Positions 1 through 8,474 of a DNA stretch of 64,000 bases are shown piece after piece; position 1 is the stretch's first letter, and each line of letters starts with the position of its first letter. The position numbers and the translations under genes are program-made. The notes under the pieces were generated by a model. That model was given only the letters and a program-made list of their open reading frames with translations. It was not told the origin of the DNA and did not search any database. The DNA is from Planctomycetota bacterium (GTDB taxonomy: Bacteria; Planctomycetota; UBA1135; UBA2386), in NCBI GenBank assembly GCA_046290465.1, contig JBKAGP010000001.1, positions 5,536,001 through 5,600,000 of the forward strand, written 5' to 3'.

Positions 1-632
1 CGGCCCTTGCCGTCGCCCTGGAAGAACCCGAACGTGCCGAGGAAGTTGCCGGCGACCAGGTCGAGCTTGCCGTCGCCGTCGAGGTCACAGGCGAACGGCC
101 GCGTGCAGATCTTGCCGATGATCGGATCGGCGTCGTCGCCGCCGGTCGCCGGCAGGATCAGCGGCTCGCCGTCGGTTCCGTGCAGCGCCTCGGGCTTCTG
201 GAAGCCGCCCTTGCCGTCACCGTAGAGCACCTGGAACAGGCCGGCCATGTCGCGGCCCGGTCGCGAGTACGAGCCCGAGAGGATGTCGGTGTGGCCGTCG
301 CCGTTGAGATCCACGAACTGTGGAGTCGACGACGTGCATCACCAGACGCCGGGCACCTCGGCGATGGCGCCCTCGGCCTGCAGCCAGTCGCCCTTCTGCA
401 GCGAGCCGTCCTTGCTGCCCTTGCACAGCAGCATCCTGCCGCCGGCGAACTGGCCGACGACCAGGTCGTGGTGGCCGTCGCCGTCGACGTCGTGCCAGCA
501 GGGCGCGGCGTAGCCGGGGGCCTCGACCTTGACGTCGGCGCCGCCCGCCTGGACGCGGACCGGGGGGTGGAACAGCGCGCCGGGGCCCTGCGGGCAGCTG
601 GCGATCGCGAGGAGGAGCGTGGAGGTGAGCAT
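1..632 (-). CDS. Secreted FG-GAP/VCBS repeat protein with in-frame TGA (candidate selenoprotein); 3' end runs off the window
   Basis: ATG at 632 with a signal-like N-terminus (MLTSTLLLAIASCPQ) and a DVDGDGHHDLVVG repeat. After TGA (339-341) the same frame stays open to position 1 and reads CTSSTPQFVDLNGDGHTDILSGS...CTRPFACDLDGDGKLDLVAGNFLG. Confidence 0.85.
310..324 (-). promoter_or_regulatory. Candidate bacterial SECIS hairpin
   Basis: Minus strand TCCAC-AGTTC-GTGGA begins 14 nt after the in-frame TGA, with G as the second loop base. Confidence 0.6.
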
Positions 633-727
633 CGGGTGGCTGCGTCGGACGACGTCGTCGTGACAGGACGCAAGCTTAGCGGCGGTCGCAGCCGCGGGAA
701 GCGGCGGGCGTGCGGAGCGCCGCCCGA

Positions 728-2167
728 CTACGGCCCGGCGTCGTGCGGCAGCGAGCCGCGCGGGCCGCGCAGGTAGCCGTAGGGCGTCACGTGCAGCAGG
801 TTGCTGACCCGCGACGTGTAGATGTCGGCGTGGCCTTCGATCTGGCGCGCCAGCCGGCTCTTGTCGATGCCGGCGCGCATCGCCGGGCCCCAGCGCGAAT
901 GGCCGAGGTGGCTCGATGCCTGCGCCAGCGGCGAGATCCTCGCGTCGAGTTCGTCGATCTCCTGTCGCAGCGCGCGCAGCCGTTCCTGCAGCGCCTCCTG
1001 ACCCTGCGGCAGCCCCGGCGGCGGGTCGTCGCCGTGCTCGACCCGCAACAGCGCCAGCCGCAGCGCCGCCTGCTCCTCGTCGAGCGCGACCTTGTCGCGC
1101 ATGTGTGCTTCGAGCTGCTGCTGCTCGACGCCGAACAACCGCTCGGCCAGCACTTCGTCCTCGAGCTCGCGCAGCACCAGCGCGGTCCGCCAGCGGCGGA
1201 TCCGGCTCGACACGTGCACGTCGGCGTAGACGTGGTCGCCGACGTAGAGGATCTGGCCGCCGTCGAGACCGAGGTGTTCCTGCACGGCGCCGGCGTCGCC
1301 GCCGCGGTAGATCACGCCGGGCCTGAGCGCGCCCTGCAGCGGCCGTTCGTTGCCCTCCTCGTCGAAGATCTCGAAGAACGGCGCGCTGCGCTCGAAGAAC
1401 GCCGGCTTGCGGGCCTCGACGATCACCAGGTCGAACAGGTCGCGCCAGCCGAGCTCGCCGAGCCGGCCGTTGAACGCGTAGCGCATCATCGGCCGCGTGT
1501 AGCTCCACTCGCTGTTGGTCGCCAGGAACAGCTTCTTGCCGGCGCGCTTCAGGTCGAGCAGCGTCTGCGGCAGGTCGGGGTCGAGGTCGACGAAGCGCTC
1601 GGGGTCGGCGATGATCTCGGCCTTCAGCTGCCCCTCGAGGTGCGCGGCGTTGATGTTGTCGTTGACGATGCCGTACAGCTCGCGGTAGCTCGGCGTGCCG
1701 TCGAGCCGGCCTGTGTCGCGCAGGTCGACCAGCTGGCCGTAGATGCACGCCTCCGACAGCGAGAACAGCGTGTTGAGGAACACCCAGCGGGGCTCGCCGA
1801 GGTCGACCCAGACCTGGCTGTAGGCCTCGCGCTGCTGCTCGTGCGACAGCATCGCGGTGCCGTGCGCCGCCTGGGTCACGTAGCCGAAGCGGTTGGCCTT
1901 GACGATGTTGCCCTTCTCGACGTCGATGATCAGCCCGCGCGCGAACTGCTCGGCGTCGAACTCGAGGTCCTGCACCGGCAGGCCGCGTTCGAGCAGCTTC
2001 TGGCGCACGTGTTCGTAGGCCCGCGCCTCCCAGGCGACCACGTCGTAGTGCACGAGCGTGTAGTCCATGTCGAAGCCGACCGCGTGCACCGACCGCATGT
2101 TGAGGGTGCGGTTGCAGAACACGCGCCGTTCGGCGGGAGGCGACCAGGCGGCCTGTCGTTCGGGCAT
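728..2167 (-). CDS. HAD-IG family 5'-nucleotidase
   Basis: GFDMDYTL (motif I), LATNS, YVGDHVYAD; AAGGAG RBS before the ATG at 2167. Confidence 0.92.
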   Translation of the reverse strand: MPERQAAWSPPAERRVFCNRTLNMRSVHAVGFDMDYTLVHYDVVAWEARAYEHVRQKLLERGLPVQDLEFDAEQFARGLIIDVEKGNIVKANRFGYVTQAAHGTAMLSHEQQREAYSQVWVDLGEPRWVFLNTLFSLSEACIYGQLVDLRDTGRLDGTPSYRELYGIVNDNINAAHLEGQLKAEIIADPERFVDLDPDLPQTLLDLKRAGKKLFLATNSEWSYTRPMMRYAFNGRLGELGWRDLFDLVIVEARKPAFFERSAPFFEIFDEEGNERPLQGALRPGVIYRGGDAGAVQEHLGLDGGQILYVGDHVYADVHVSSRIRRWRTALVLRELEDEVLAERLFGVEQQQLEAHMRDKVALDEEQAALRLALLRVEHGDDPPPGLPQGQEALQERLRALRQEIDELDARISPLAQASSHLGHSRWGPAMRAGIDKSRLARQIEGHADIYTSRVSNLLHVTPYGYLRGPRGSLPHDAGP

Positions 2168-2273
2168 ACTCCTTGTTGTAGCAGCGGGCGCGGCCGTCGC
2201 CATGGCGCCGGTGGCAGCGGTGCGACGAGGACTCGTCCGTTGCTCCGAATGGGGGGTTGACTAGTGGGTAGCC

Positions 2274-5200
2274 ATGGCACGGTCTCCGCGTCGACTCCCG
2301 GCCGCGTTCGCGCTGGCCGCAGCCTGCCTGTTCGTGCCGAGCGGGTGCGGCGCCGGCCTGATCACCGGGATCGCGGCCAGCGACAGCGGCAGCAACCCCG
2401 AGGCGCGCGTCTCCGAACTCAACGTGCTGACGTCGCCGCTGCCGCTGATGCCGGAGGCCGGCCGCACCGCGCGGGTGCTGGTCTCGAACGCCGACCTGTC
2501 GGGGGACCGGCTGCGCAAGGTCGAACTGCGCGCCGCCGGCAGGACGGCCGAGCAGCCGGTGCTCGCGGTGGCCGTGCAGAACGGCGCGACCACGATCACG
2601 GTGCTGCTCGACACGGCGCCGCTGCGCGCCGGCATCGACCCGACCGCGGCGGACCTGGCGGCGCAGTTCGTGGTGACGACGGTCGACGGCGAGGTCGGCC
2701 CCGCCGGCGTCGACCTGGTCCGTCAGCCGGTGACGCGCCTGGTGCTGCCGACGGGCGTCGGCGAACTGAAGCTGTCGCCGCTCGGCGGCTTCGTCAGGAT
2801 GACCGTCGACGGCCTGCGCGCGACCGACGAGTCCGAACTGGAGGTGGTCATCTCGACGCGCGATCCGCAGTCGGTGGTGCCGGGTGCGCGCACGATCCGC
2901 CTGTCGACCGACGTCGAGTTCGTCGCCCCCGAAGGCGGGCTGCCGACGTTGGAGGCGCTGATCCCCGGCAACGACTTCCCCGACGAGTTCGAGATCCTGG
3001 TGCGCGACCAGATCGCCGGCGTGTCGACGTCGGCGACCAACGCGATCTACGAACCGCGCGTCGAGTTCGCGCTGCCCGGGCAGGGACCGACGACCGGCGG
3101 CAGCCTGGTGACGCTGATCGGCACCGCGCTGGTGCCGTACGACTTCTCGACCGCGCCGGCGCAGCTCGACTTCGACAGCATCACGCTGACGTTCGAGAAG
3201 GGGCAGCGGATCACGCAGCTGGCGCCGCAGGACTTCCGCCCGGCGGAGTCCGACTCGGACCGGCTGGTGTTCACGATCCCGCCGTCGCCCGACGGCCGGC
3301 CCGGCCGCGTCACGATCCGGCTGCAGGTCGACGGCGTGCGGCCCGGCGGCGCGCCGTTCACGGCGACCTTCGAGGCCGACGAGGAGTTTCTGTTCGCCAA
3401 CCCGGATCCGTTCTTCGGCCCGCGCGGCGCGGTGCTCGACCGCACGCCGGTGGCGGCCGCGCCGATCCGCCTCGACAGCGCGCCGAGCACCGACGCGGCG
3501 CCGGACTTCGCGATCCTGACCGAGCAGGGCGGCGTCGGCTTCCTGCAGCTGCTGCTCGCCCAGCAGAACGGCATGTTCCAGCCGTTCGCGACGCCGCGGC
3601 AGATCGGCAACCACCAGCTCGGCCCGCAGCGCAATCCGAAGGACCTGTTGGTCGGCGACTTCAACGGCGACGACGTGCCGGACCTGTTCGTCGTCAACGA
3701 GGGCGGCGCGACCGCGAGCCACCTGCTGGTGCTCGGTCAGCAGCGGCCCGATCCGCCGCTCGGCGACGTCGTGGTCGTCAACGCCGCGCCGGGCTCGACC
3801 AGCGGCCGGGTGGCCGATTTCGACGGCGACGGCCACCTCGACGTGCTGCTGGTGCCGGGACCGCTCGCGCCGCTCGGCCAGCGGCCGCAGGTGCTGTTCG
3901 GCACCGGCGCGGGCGTACCGCCGCTGTTCGAACCGGAGGTCGTGCTCGACGTGCGCGCGTTCGCCTACGAGGCCGCCGAGGTCGAGGACTTCGACGGCGA
4001 CGGCCGCCTCGACGTCGCGCTCGTCAGCGGCACCGAACTGAAGCTCGACGTCGCCTACGGCGGCGACGAACGCACGTTCTCGAGCGGCGTGCAGACGGAC
4101 TTCACGATCCCGGACTACACGCCGGACCCGGCGTCGCCGGCGGTCGGCCTGCACTCGTGCCGCAACGGCGCGCAGCCGGCGCTGGCGGTCGTGCTGGCGG
4201 GCCTCGATGCGCCGACGGTCACGCGGCCGACGGTCGCGGTGCTGCCGCAGCAGCAGGTCGCCGGGGTCTGGGAGTTCGTGCCGCCGACGCTGCAGGAGGT
4301 CTACGTCGCGCCGGTCGAGCCGATCGGCCAATCGCTGGCGGCCGACCTCGACGGCGGCCAGAACCCCGGTGTCGGCCCGGTCGAACTGGTCATCGGCATC
4401 CGCGGCGAGCCGTCGTCGGTTTCGCTCGGCCTGCTGCAGTTCGACGGCACCCGCTTCAACCCGCTGCTCGGCTCGATCATCGGCGGCACCGCGCTGTTGG
4501 CCGAGGCGCCGGTGCAGATCAGTTCGCTCGCGTTCGACACCGCGTTCCCGGCGGCGGGCGCGGGCCAGCCGCAGAAGGACGCGGTGTTCCTGGTGCACGA
4601 GGTCGACGTCGACGGCGTGCGCGAACGGCGGCTGTCGACGCGCCTCGTCGACGTGCCGCAGCTCGACGAACCGATCCTGCTGCCGCCGGACGCGGGCGCC
4701 AGCCTGGCGTTCCCGATCGAAGGGCTGGTCGCCGGCGACTTCTCGGACACCGCGCTGGGCGCGCAGGGCCGGGTGCGCGACCTGGCGCTGGCCAGCACCG
4801 CGATCCCGAACCAGCAGGAGGGCATCCGGATCGTGCTCAACGACGGCTTCGGCGGGATCCCGCGGCTCGGCAATTCGATGCAATCGCCCGGCCTGCTGCC
4901 CGACTCGGTGACGCTGCTGTCGTCCGAGACCGACTACGACCGGCTGGTGTTCGTCAACCGCGACTCGACGGTCGGCTTCTGGCGGCCGGACCCGACCGGG
5001 CCGGCGCTGCAGGCGCCCAACAGCCTGTCGGGGCCGCTGCGCACCGCGCTCGGCGCACCGTTCGACACGCTCGACCTCGACGACGACACCCGCATCCAGG
5101 TCGCCGACGTCGACGGCGACGGCGTGCGCGACCTGGTGGTGATGATGTCGTTCGACATCTCGGTGCCGAGTATCGGCGATACCCGCATCGCGCTGCTGCG

Positions 5201-5978
5201 CGGCAAGGTGCTGCCGGCCAGCACGGAGTTCCCGTTCCACCAGCCGGTCGTGTTCGCGCCGGCGCACGGCAATGCCTCGTCGTTCGCGCTCGGCGACTTC
5301 GCGGTCGAACCCGGCGGGGTGCCGACGCGGCTGGAGCTGGCGGTGGCGGTGCCGGAGGGGTCGAGCCCGACCTCGGTCGACGGCAACCACCTGATCTTCT
5401 TCCGCTACCAGGCGGGGGCCACGGTCGCGGAGGATCGGTTCGTGCCGAGCTTCGTGACCGCCAACGAACAGGCGCTGCTGGCCGGCAGCGGGCCGACCGA
5501 GGTGGTCACCGCCGACTTCGACGGGGACGGCCGCCAGGACCTGCTGGTGGCCTGCCGCGGCGACGACACGCTGCGGCTGTTCCGCAACACGTCGCTGCCG
5601 GGCGGGCCGGCGTTCGAGGTCGACGTCGCGGCGTTCGTCGAAGGGCTGTCGTCGCCGTACGCGCTCGATCCGGGCACGCCGACGGCGCTGCGCCTCAGCG
5701 ACGTCAACGGCGACGGCAACCTCGACGCGGTCGTGTTCGTGCAGCAGCAGCTGCAGTCGGGAGTGCTGCAGTCGTCGGTCGCGACCTACCTGAGCTCGGG
5801 TTCGGGCTCGTTCGAGTCGGCGCGGTTCGCGTCGCGCACCCGCAGCGGCGACTTCGACGCGGTGCTGTCCGGCGCGCTCGGCGACTGGAATCGCGACGGG
5901 GTCGTCGACCTGCTGCTCGGCTGGGAGGTCGTCGATCCGCTGGTCAACCTGCGCGTGCTGTTCGGCGGCACGAGGTAG
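2274..5978 (+). CDS. Large FG-GAP repeat lipoprotein with IPT/TIG-like domain
   Basis: Lipobox-like VPSG|C; PGQGPTTGGSLVTLIG TIG-like motif; many GDFNGD/ADFDGDG/DVNGDG repeats; 1234 aa. Confidence 0.85.
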   Translation: MARSPRRLPAAFALAAACLFVPSGCGAGLITGIAASDSGSNPEARVSELNVLTSPLPLMPEAGRTARVLVSNADLSGDRLRKVELRAAGRTAEQPVLAVAVQNGATTITVLLDTAPLRAGIDPTAADLAAQFVVTTVDGEVGPAGVDLVRQPVTRLVLPTGVGELKLSPLGGFVRMTVDGLRATDESELEVVISTRDPQSVVPGARTIRLSTDVEFVAPEGGLPTLEALIPGNDFPDEFEILVRDQIAGVSTSATNAIYEPRVEFALPGQGPTTGGSLVTLIGTALVPYDFSTAPAQLDFDSITLTFEKGQRITQLAPQDFRPAESDSDRLVFTIPPSPDGRPGRVTIRLQVDGVRPGGAPFTATFEADEEFLFANPDPFFGPRGAVLDRTPVAAAPIRLDSAPSTDAAPDFAILTEQGGVGFLQLLLAQQNGMFQPFATPRQIGNHQLGPQRNPKDLLVGDFNGDDVPDLFVVNEGGATASHLLVLGQQRPDPPLGDVVVVNAAPGSTSGRVADFDGDGHLDVLLVPGPLAPLGQRPQVLFGTGAGVPPLFEPEVVLDVRAFAYEAAEVEDFDGDGRLDVALVSGTELKLDVAYGGDERTFSSGVQTDFTIPDYTPDPASPAVGLHSCRNGAQPALAVVLAGLDAPTVTRPTVAVLPQQQVAGVWEFVPPTLQEVYVAPVEPIGQSLAADLDGGQNPGVGPVELVIGIRGEPSSVSLGLLQFDGTRFNPLLGSIIGGTALLAEAPVQISSLAFDTAFPAAGAGQPQKDAVFLVHEVDVDGVRERRLSTRLVDVPQLDEPILLPPDAGASLAFPIEGLVAGDFSDTALGAQGRVRDLALASTAIPNQQEGIRIVLNDGFGGIPRLGNSMQSPGLLPDSVTLLSSETDYDRLVFVNRDSTVGFWRPDPTGPALQAPNSLSGPLRTALGAPFDTLDLDDDTRIQVADVDGDGVRDLVVMMSFDISVPSIGDTRIALLRGKVLPASTEFPFHQPVVFAPAHGNASSFALGDFAVEPGGVPTRLELAVAVPEGSSPTSVDGNHLIFFRYQAGATVAEDRFVPSFVTANEQALLAGSGPTEVVTADFDGDGRQDLLVACRGDDTLRLFRNTSLPGGPAFEVDVAAFVEGLSSPYALDPGTPTALRLSDVNGDGNLDAVVFVQQQLQSGVLQSSVATYLSSGSGSFESARFASRTRSGDFDAVLSGALGDWNRDGVVDLLLGWEVVDPLVNLRVLFGGTR

Positions 5979-6013
5979 CGATCGGTCGGCGGGCTGCCTA
6001 TCGTGCGGCCCCA

Positions 6014-7180
6014 ATGAGCCTCTCCTCGCAATCGAATCGCCGCGGCAGGCAGCAGCTGCCGGTCCTCAACGTCGCGATGCTCGGCCACGCCTTCATGGGG
6101 CGTGCGCACGGCAACGCCTACCGCCAGGTCAACCGCTTCTTCGACCTGCCGATGCAGGTGGTGCCGAAGGTGATCGTCGGCCGCGACCAGAAGCGCGCCG
6201 CGGCGGCGGCCGATAAGCTCGGGTTCGAGGCGGCGACCACCGACCTCGAGGCGGTGCTCGCCGATCCGGAGATCCACGTCGTCGACGTCGCGACGCCCAA
6301 CGACAGCCACTACCCGCTCGGCATGCAGGCGCTGCAGGCCGGCAAGCACGTGCTGTGCGAGAAGCCGCTGGCGATGACGTTGGCGGAGACCAAGGAGATG
6401 GCCAGGCTCGCCAAGAAGCGCAAGGTGCGCGTCGGGCTGTGGCACAACTACCGCCGCGCGCCGGCGACCGCGCTGGCCGCGAAGATGATCGCGCGTGGCG
6501 ACATCGGCGACGTGCTGCAGGTGCGCTGCGTCTACCTGCAGGACTGGCTGGCCGACCCGAAGGCCGGCTGGAGCTGGCGCAACAGCCGGAAGCTCGCCGG
6601 CAGTGGCGCGCACGGCGACCTCAACGCCCACCTGATCGACCTGACGCGCGCGCTGACGGGGCTCGAGTTCGACTCGGTCTGTGGTCTGCAGCAGACGTTC
6701 TACAAGAGCCGCCCGGCCGGCCGCGGCAAGACCGCCAAGGTCGACGTCGACGACGCGTTCTGCTTCCTGGCGAAGTTCAAGGGCGGCGCGATCGGCACGT
6801 TCGAGGCGACCCGGGTCGCGCCCGGACGCAAGAACCACAACTGCATCGAGGTGTCCGGCAGCAAGGGCTCGATCCGCTGGAACCTCGAGCGCATGAACGA
6901 ACTCGAGGTGTTCTCGATGAAGGACCAGCGCGACGCGCAGGGCTGGCGCACCGTGATGTGCATGGACGACGTGCACCCGTACGCGCCGAACTGGTGGCCG
7001 GACGGCCACATCGTCGGCTACGAGCACACCTTCGTGCACCACGTCGCCGACTTCGTCACCGCGCTGGCCGCCGGCCAGCCGTTCGCGCCCGACTTCGACG
7101 ACGGCGTCGCCGTCCAGGCCGTGCTCGAAGCAGCCCTGCAGTCCGCCCAGCAGGGCCAATGGACCAAGGTCCCACGCTGA
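6014..7180 (+). CDS. Gfo/Idh/MocA family oxidoreductase
   Basis: GHAFMG, VATPNDSH, GKHVLCEKPLA, DLNAHLID. Confidence 0.92.
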   Translation: MSLSSQSNRRGRQQLPVLNVAMLGHAFMGRAHGNAYRQVNRFFDLPMQVVPKVIVGRDQKRAAAAADKLGFEAATTDLEAVLADPEIHVVDVATPNDSHYPLGMQALQAGKHVLCEKPLAMTLAETKEMARLAKKRKVRVGLWHNYRRAPATALAAKMIARGDIGDVLQVRCVYLQDWLADPKAGWSWRNSRKLAGSGAHGDLNAHLIDLTRALTGLEFDSVCGLQQTFYKSRPAGRGKTAKVDVDDAFCFLAKFKGGAIGTFEATRVAPGRKNHNCIEVSGSKGSIRWNLERMNELEVFSMKDQRDAQGWRTVMCMDDVHPYAPNWWPDGHIVGYEHTFVHHVADFVTALAAGQPFAPDFDDGVAVQAVLEAALQSAQQGQWTKVPR

Positions 7181-7289
7181 CCCCCCCGAACGCCGCATAC
7201 CGAACCCGGTTCAAGTTGCGCGGGTTCGCGCGGCCGGCGCTCGATCGGCTAACGTCCCCGCACCCCTCCGCCTCCCACAGCAACCGACG

Positions 7290-8336
7290 ATGATGAAAGG
7301 ACCCGGCATCTTCCTGGCGCAGTTCATGAGTGACGAAGCGCCGCTCGACCAGTTCGACACCGCCTGCAAGTGGGCCGCCGACCTCGACTACGTCGGCGTG
7401 CAGGTGCCGTCGTGGGACGGCCGCTGCCTGGACCTGCAGAAGGCGGCCGAGAGCAAGGACTACTGCGACGAACTCGCCGGCATCGCCAGGCAGAACGGCG
7501 TCGAGATCAGCGAGCTGTCGACGCACCTGCAGGGCCAGCTGGTCGCGGTGCACCCGGCCTACACGTCGATGTTCCAGGTGTTCGCGCCCGACGACGTCAA
7601 CACGCCCGAGGCGATGCACGAGTACGGCGCGCAGCAGGTCAAGTGGTGCCTGAAGGCGAGCCAGCACCTTGGCCTCGACGCGATGCCGACCTTCCCCGGG
7701 GCGCTGATGTGGCACACGGTCTACCCGTGGCCGCAGCGTCCGGCCGGCCTGGTCGAGGAGGGCTTCAAGGAACTGGCGCGCCGCTGGCGGCCGCTGCTCG
7801 ACTACGCCGACGAGTGCGGCATCGACTGCGCGTTCGAGGTGCACCCGGGCGAGGACATCCACGACGGCGCCAGCTACGAGATGTTCCTCGAGCACGTCGA
7901 CGACCACGCGCGCGCGTGCCTGCTCTACGACCCGAGCCACTTCGTGCTGCAGCAGCTCGACTACCTGCACTTCATCGAGCTCTACCACGAACGCATCAAG
8001 GCGTTCCACGTCAAGGATGCCGAGTTCAAGCCGGACGGCCGCACCGGTGTCTACGGCGGCTACCAGTCGTGGCAGAACCGCGCCGGCCGCTTCCGCTCGA
8101 CGGGCGACGGCGAGGTCGACTTCGTCGGCATCTTCACCGAGCTGACCAAGCACGGCTACGACGGCTGGGCCGTGATCGAGTGGGAGTGCTGCTTCAAGGA
8201 CAGCCAGCAGGGCGCCGAGGAAGGCGCGCCGTTCATCATGTCCCACATGATCAAGCCGCCGGCCAAGGCCTTCGACGACTTCGCCGGTGGCGCGGTCGAC
8301 CAGGCGGCCGTGCGCAAGGCGCTCGGCCTCGAGTAG
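7290..8336 (+). CDS. Sugar phosphate isomerase/epimerase (xylose-isomerase-like TIM barrel)
   Basis: FEVHPGED, YDPSH, FHVKDAE, IEWEC metal-site motifs; adjacent to the Gfo/Idh/MocA gene. Confidence 0.9.
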   Translation: MMKGPGIFLAQFMSDEAPLDQFDTACKWAADLDYVGVQVPSWDGRCLDLQKAAESKDYCDELAGIARQNGVEISELSTHLQGQLVAVHPAYTSMFQVFAPDDVNTPEAMHEYGAQQVKWCLKASQHLGLDAMPTFPGALMWHTVYPWPQRPAGLVEEGFKELARRWRPLLDYADECGIDCAFEVHPGEDIHDGASYEMFLEHVDDHARACLLYDPSHFVLQQLDYLHFIELYHERIKAFHVKDAEFKPDGRTGVYGGYQSWQNRAGRFRSTGDGEVDFVGIFTELTKHGYDGWAVIEWECCFKDSQQGAEEGAPFIMSHMIKPPAKAFDDFAGGAVDQAAVRKALGLE

Positions 8337-8372
8337 CTCCGCGGGGCAATATCCGCAGGGCATCCCCGCTGG

Positions 8373-8405
8373 GCAGCCTCACAGCGCAGCCTCACAGCGC
8401 AGCCT
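8373..8405 (+). repeat. 13-bp tandem repeat (GCAGCCTCACAGC x2.5)
   Basis: Read directly in the intergenic sequence. Confidence 0.85.
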
Positions 8406-8474
8406 TGCTGGGCCGCCAACGGCCACTCCGGGCGGGGCTGCATCCGGCGCGGCAGGAGCTACGATGCCCGCTGC

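Noticed and set aside
339..6014. Very long ORFs in the track (for example 1891, 1855, 1638, 1504 and 1406 aa)
   Set aside because: Shadow or antisense frames typical of high-GC DNA, R/A/G/P-rich with no motifs; only their terminal segments correspond to real genes.
7201..7228. CGAACCCG...CGGGTTCG inverted repeat as a LacI-type operator
   Set aside because: Single occurrence, weak match, no regulator nearby; could simply be an mRNA hairpin.
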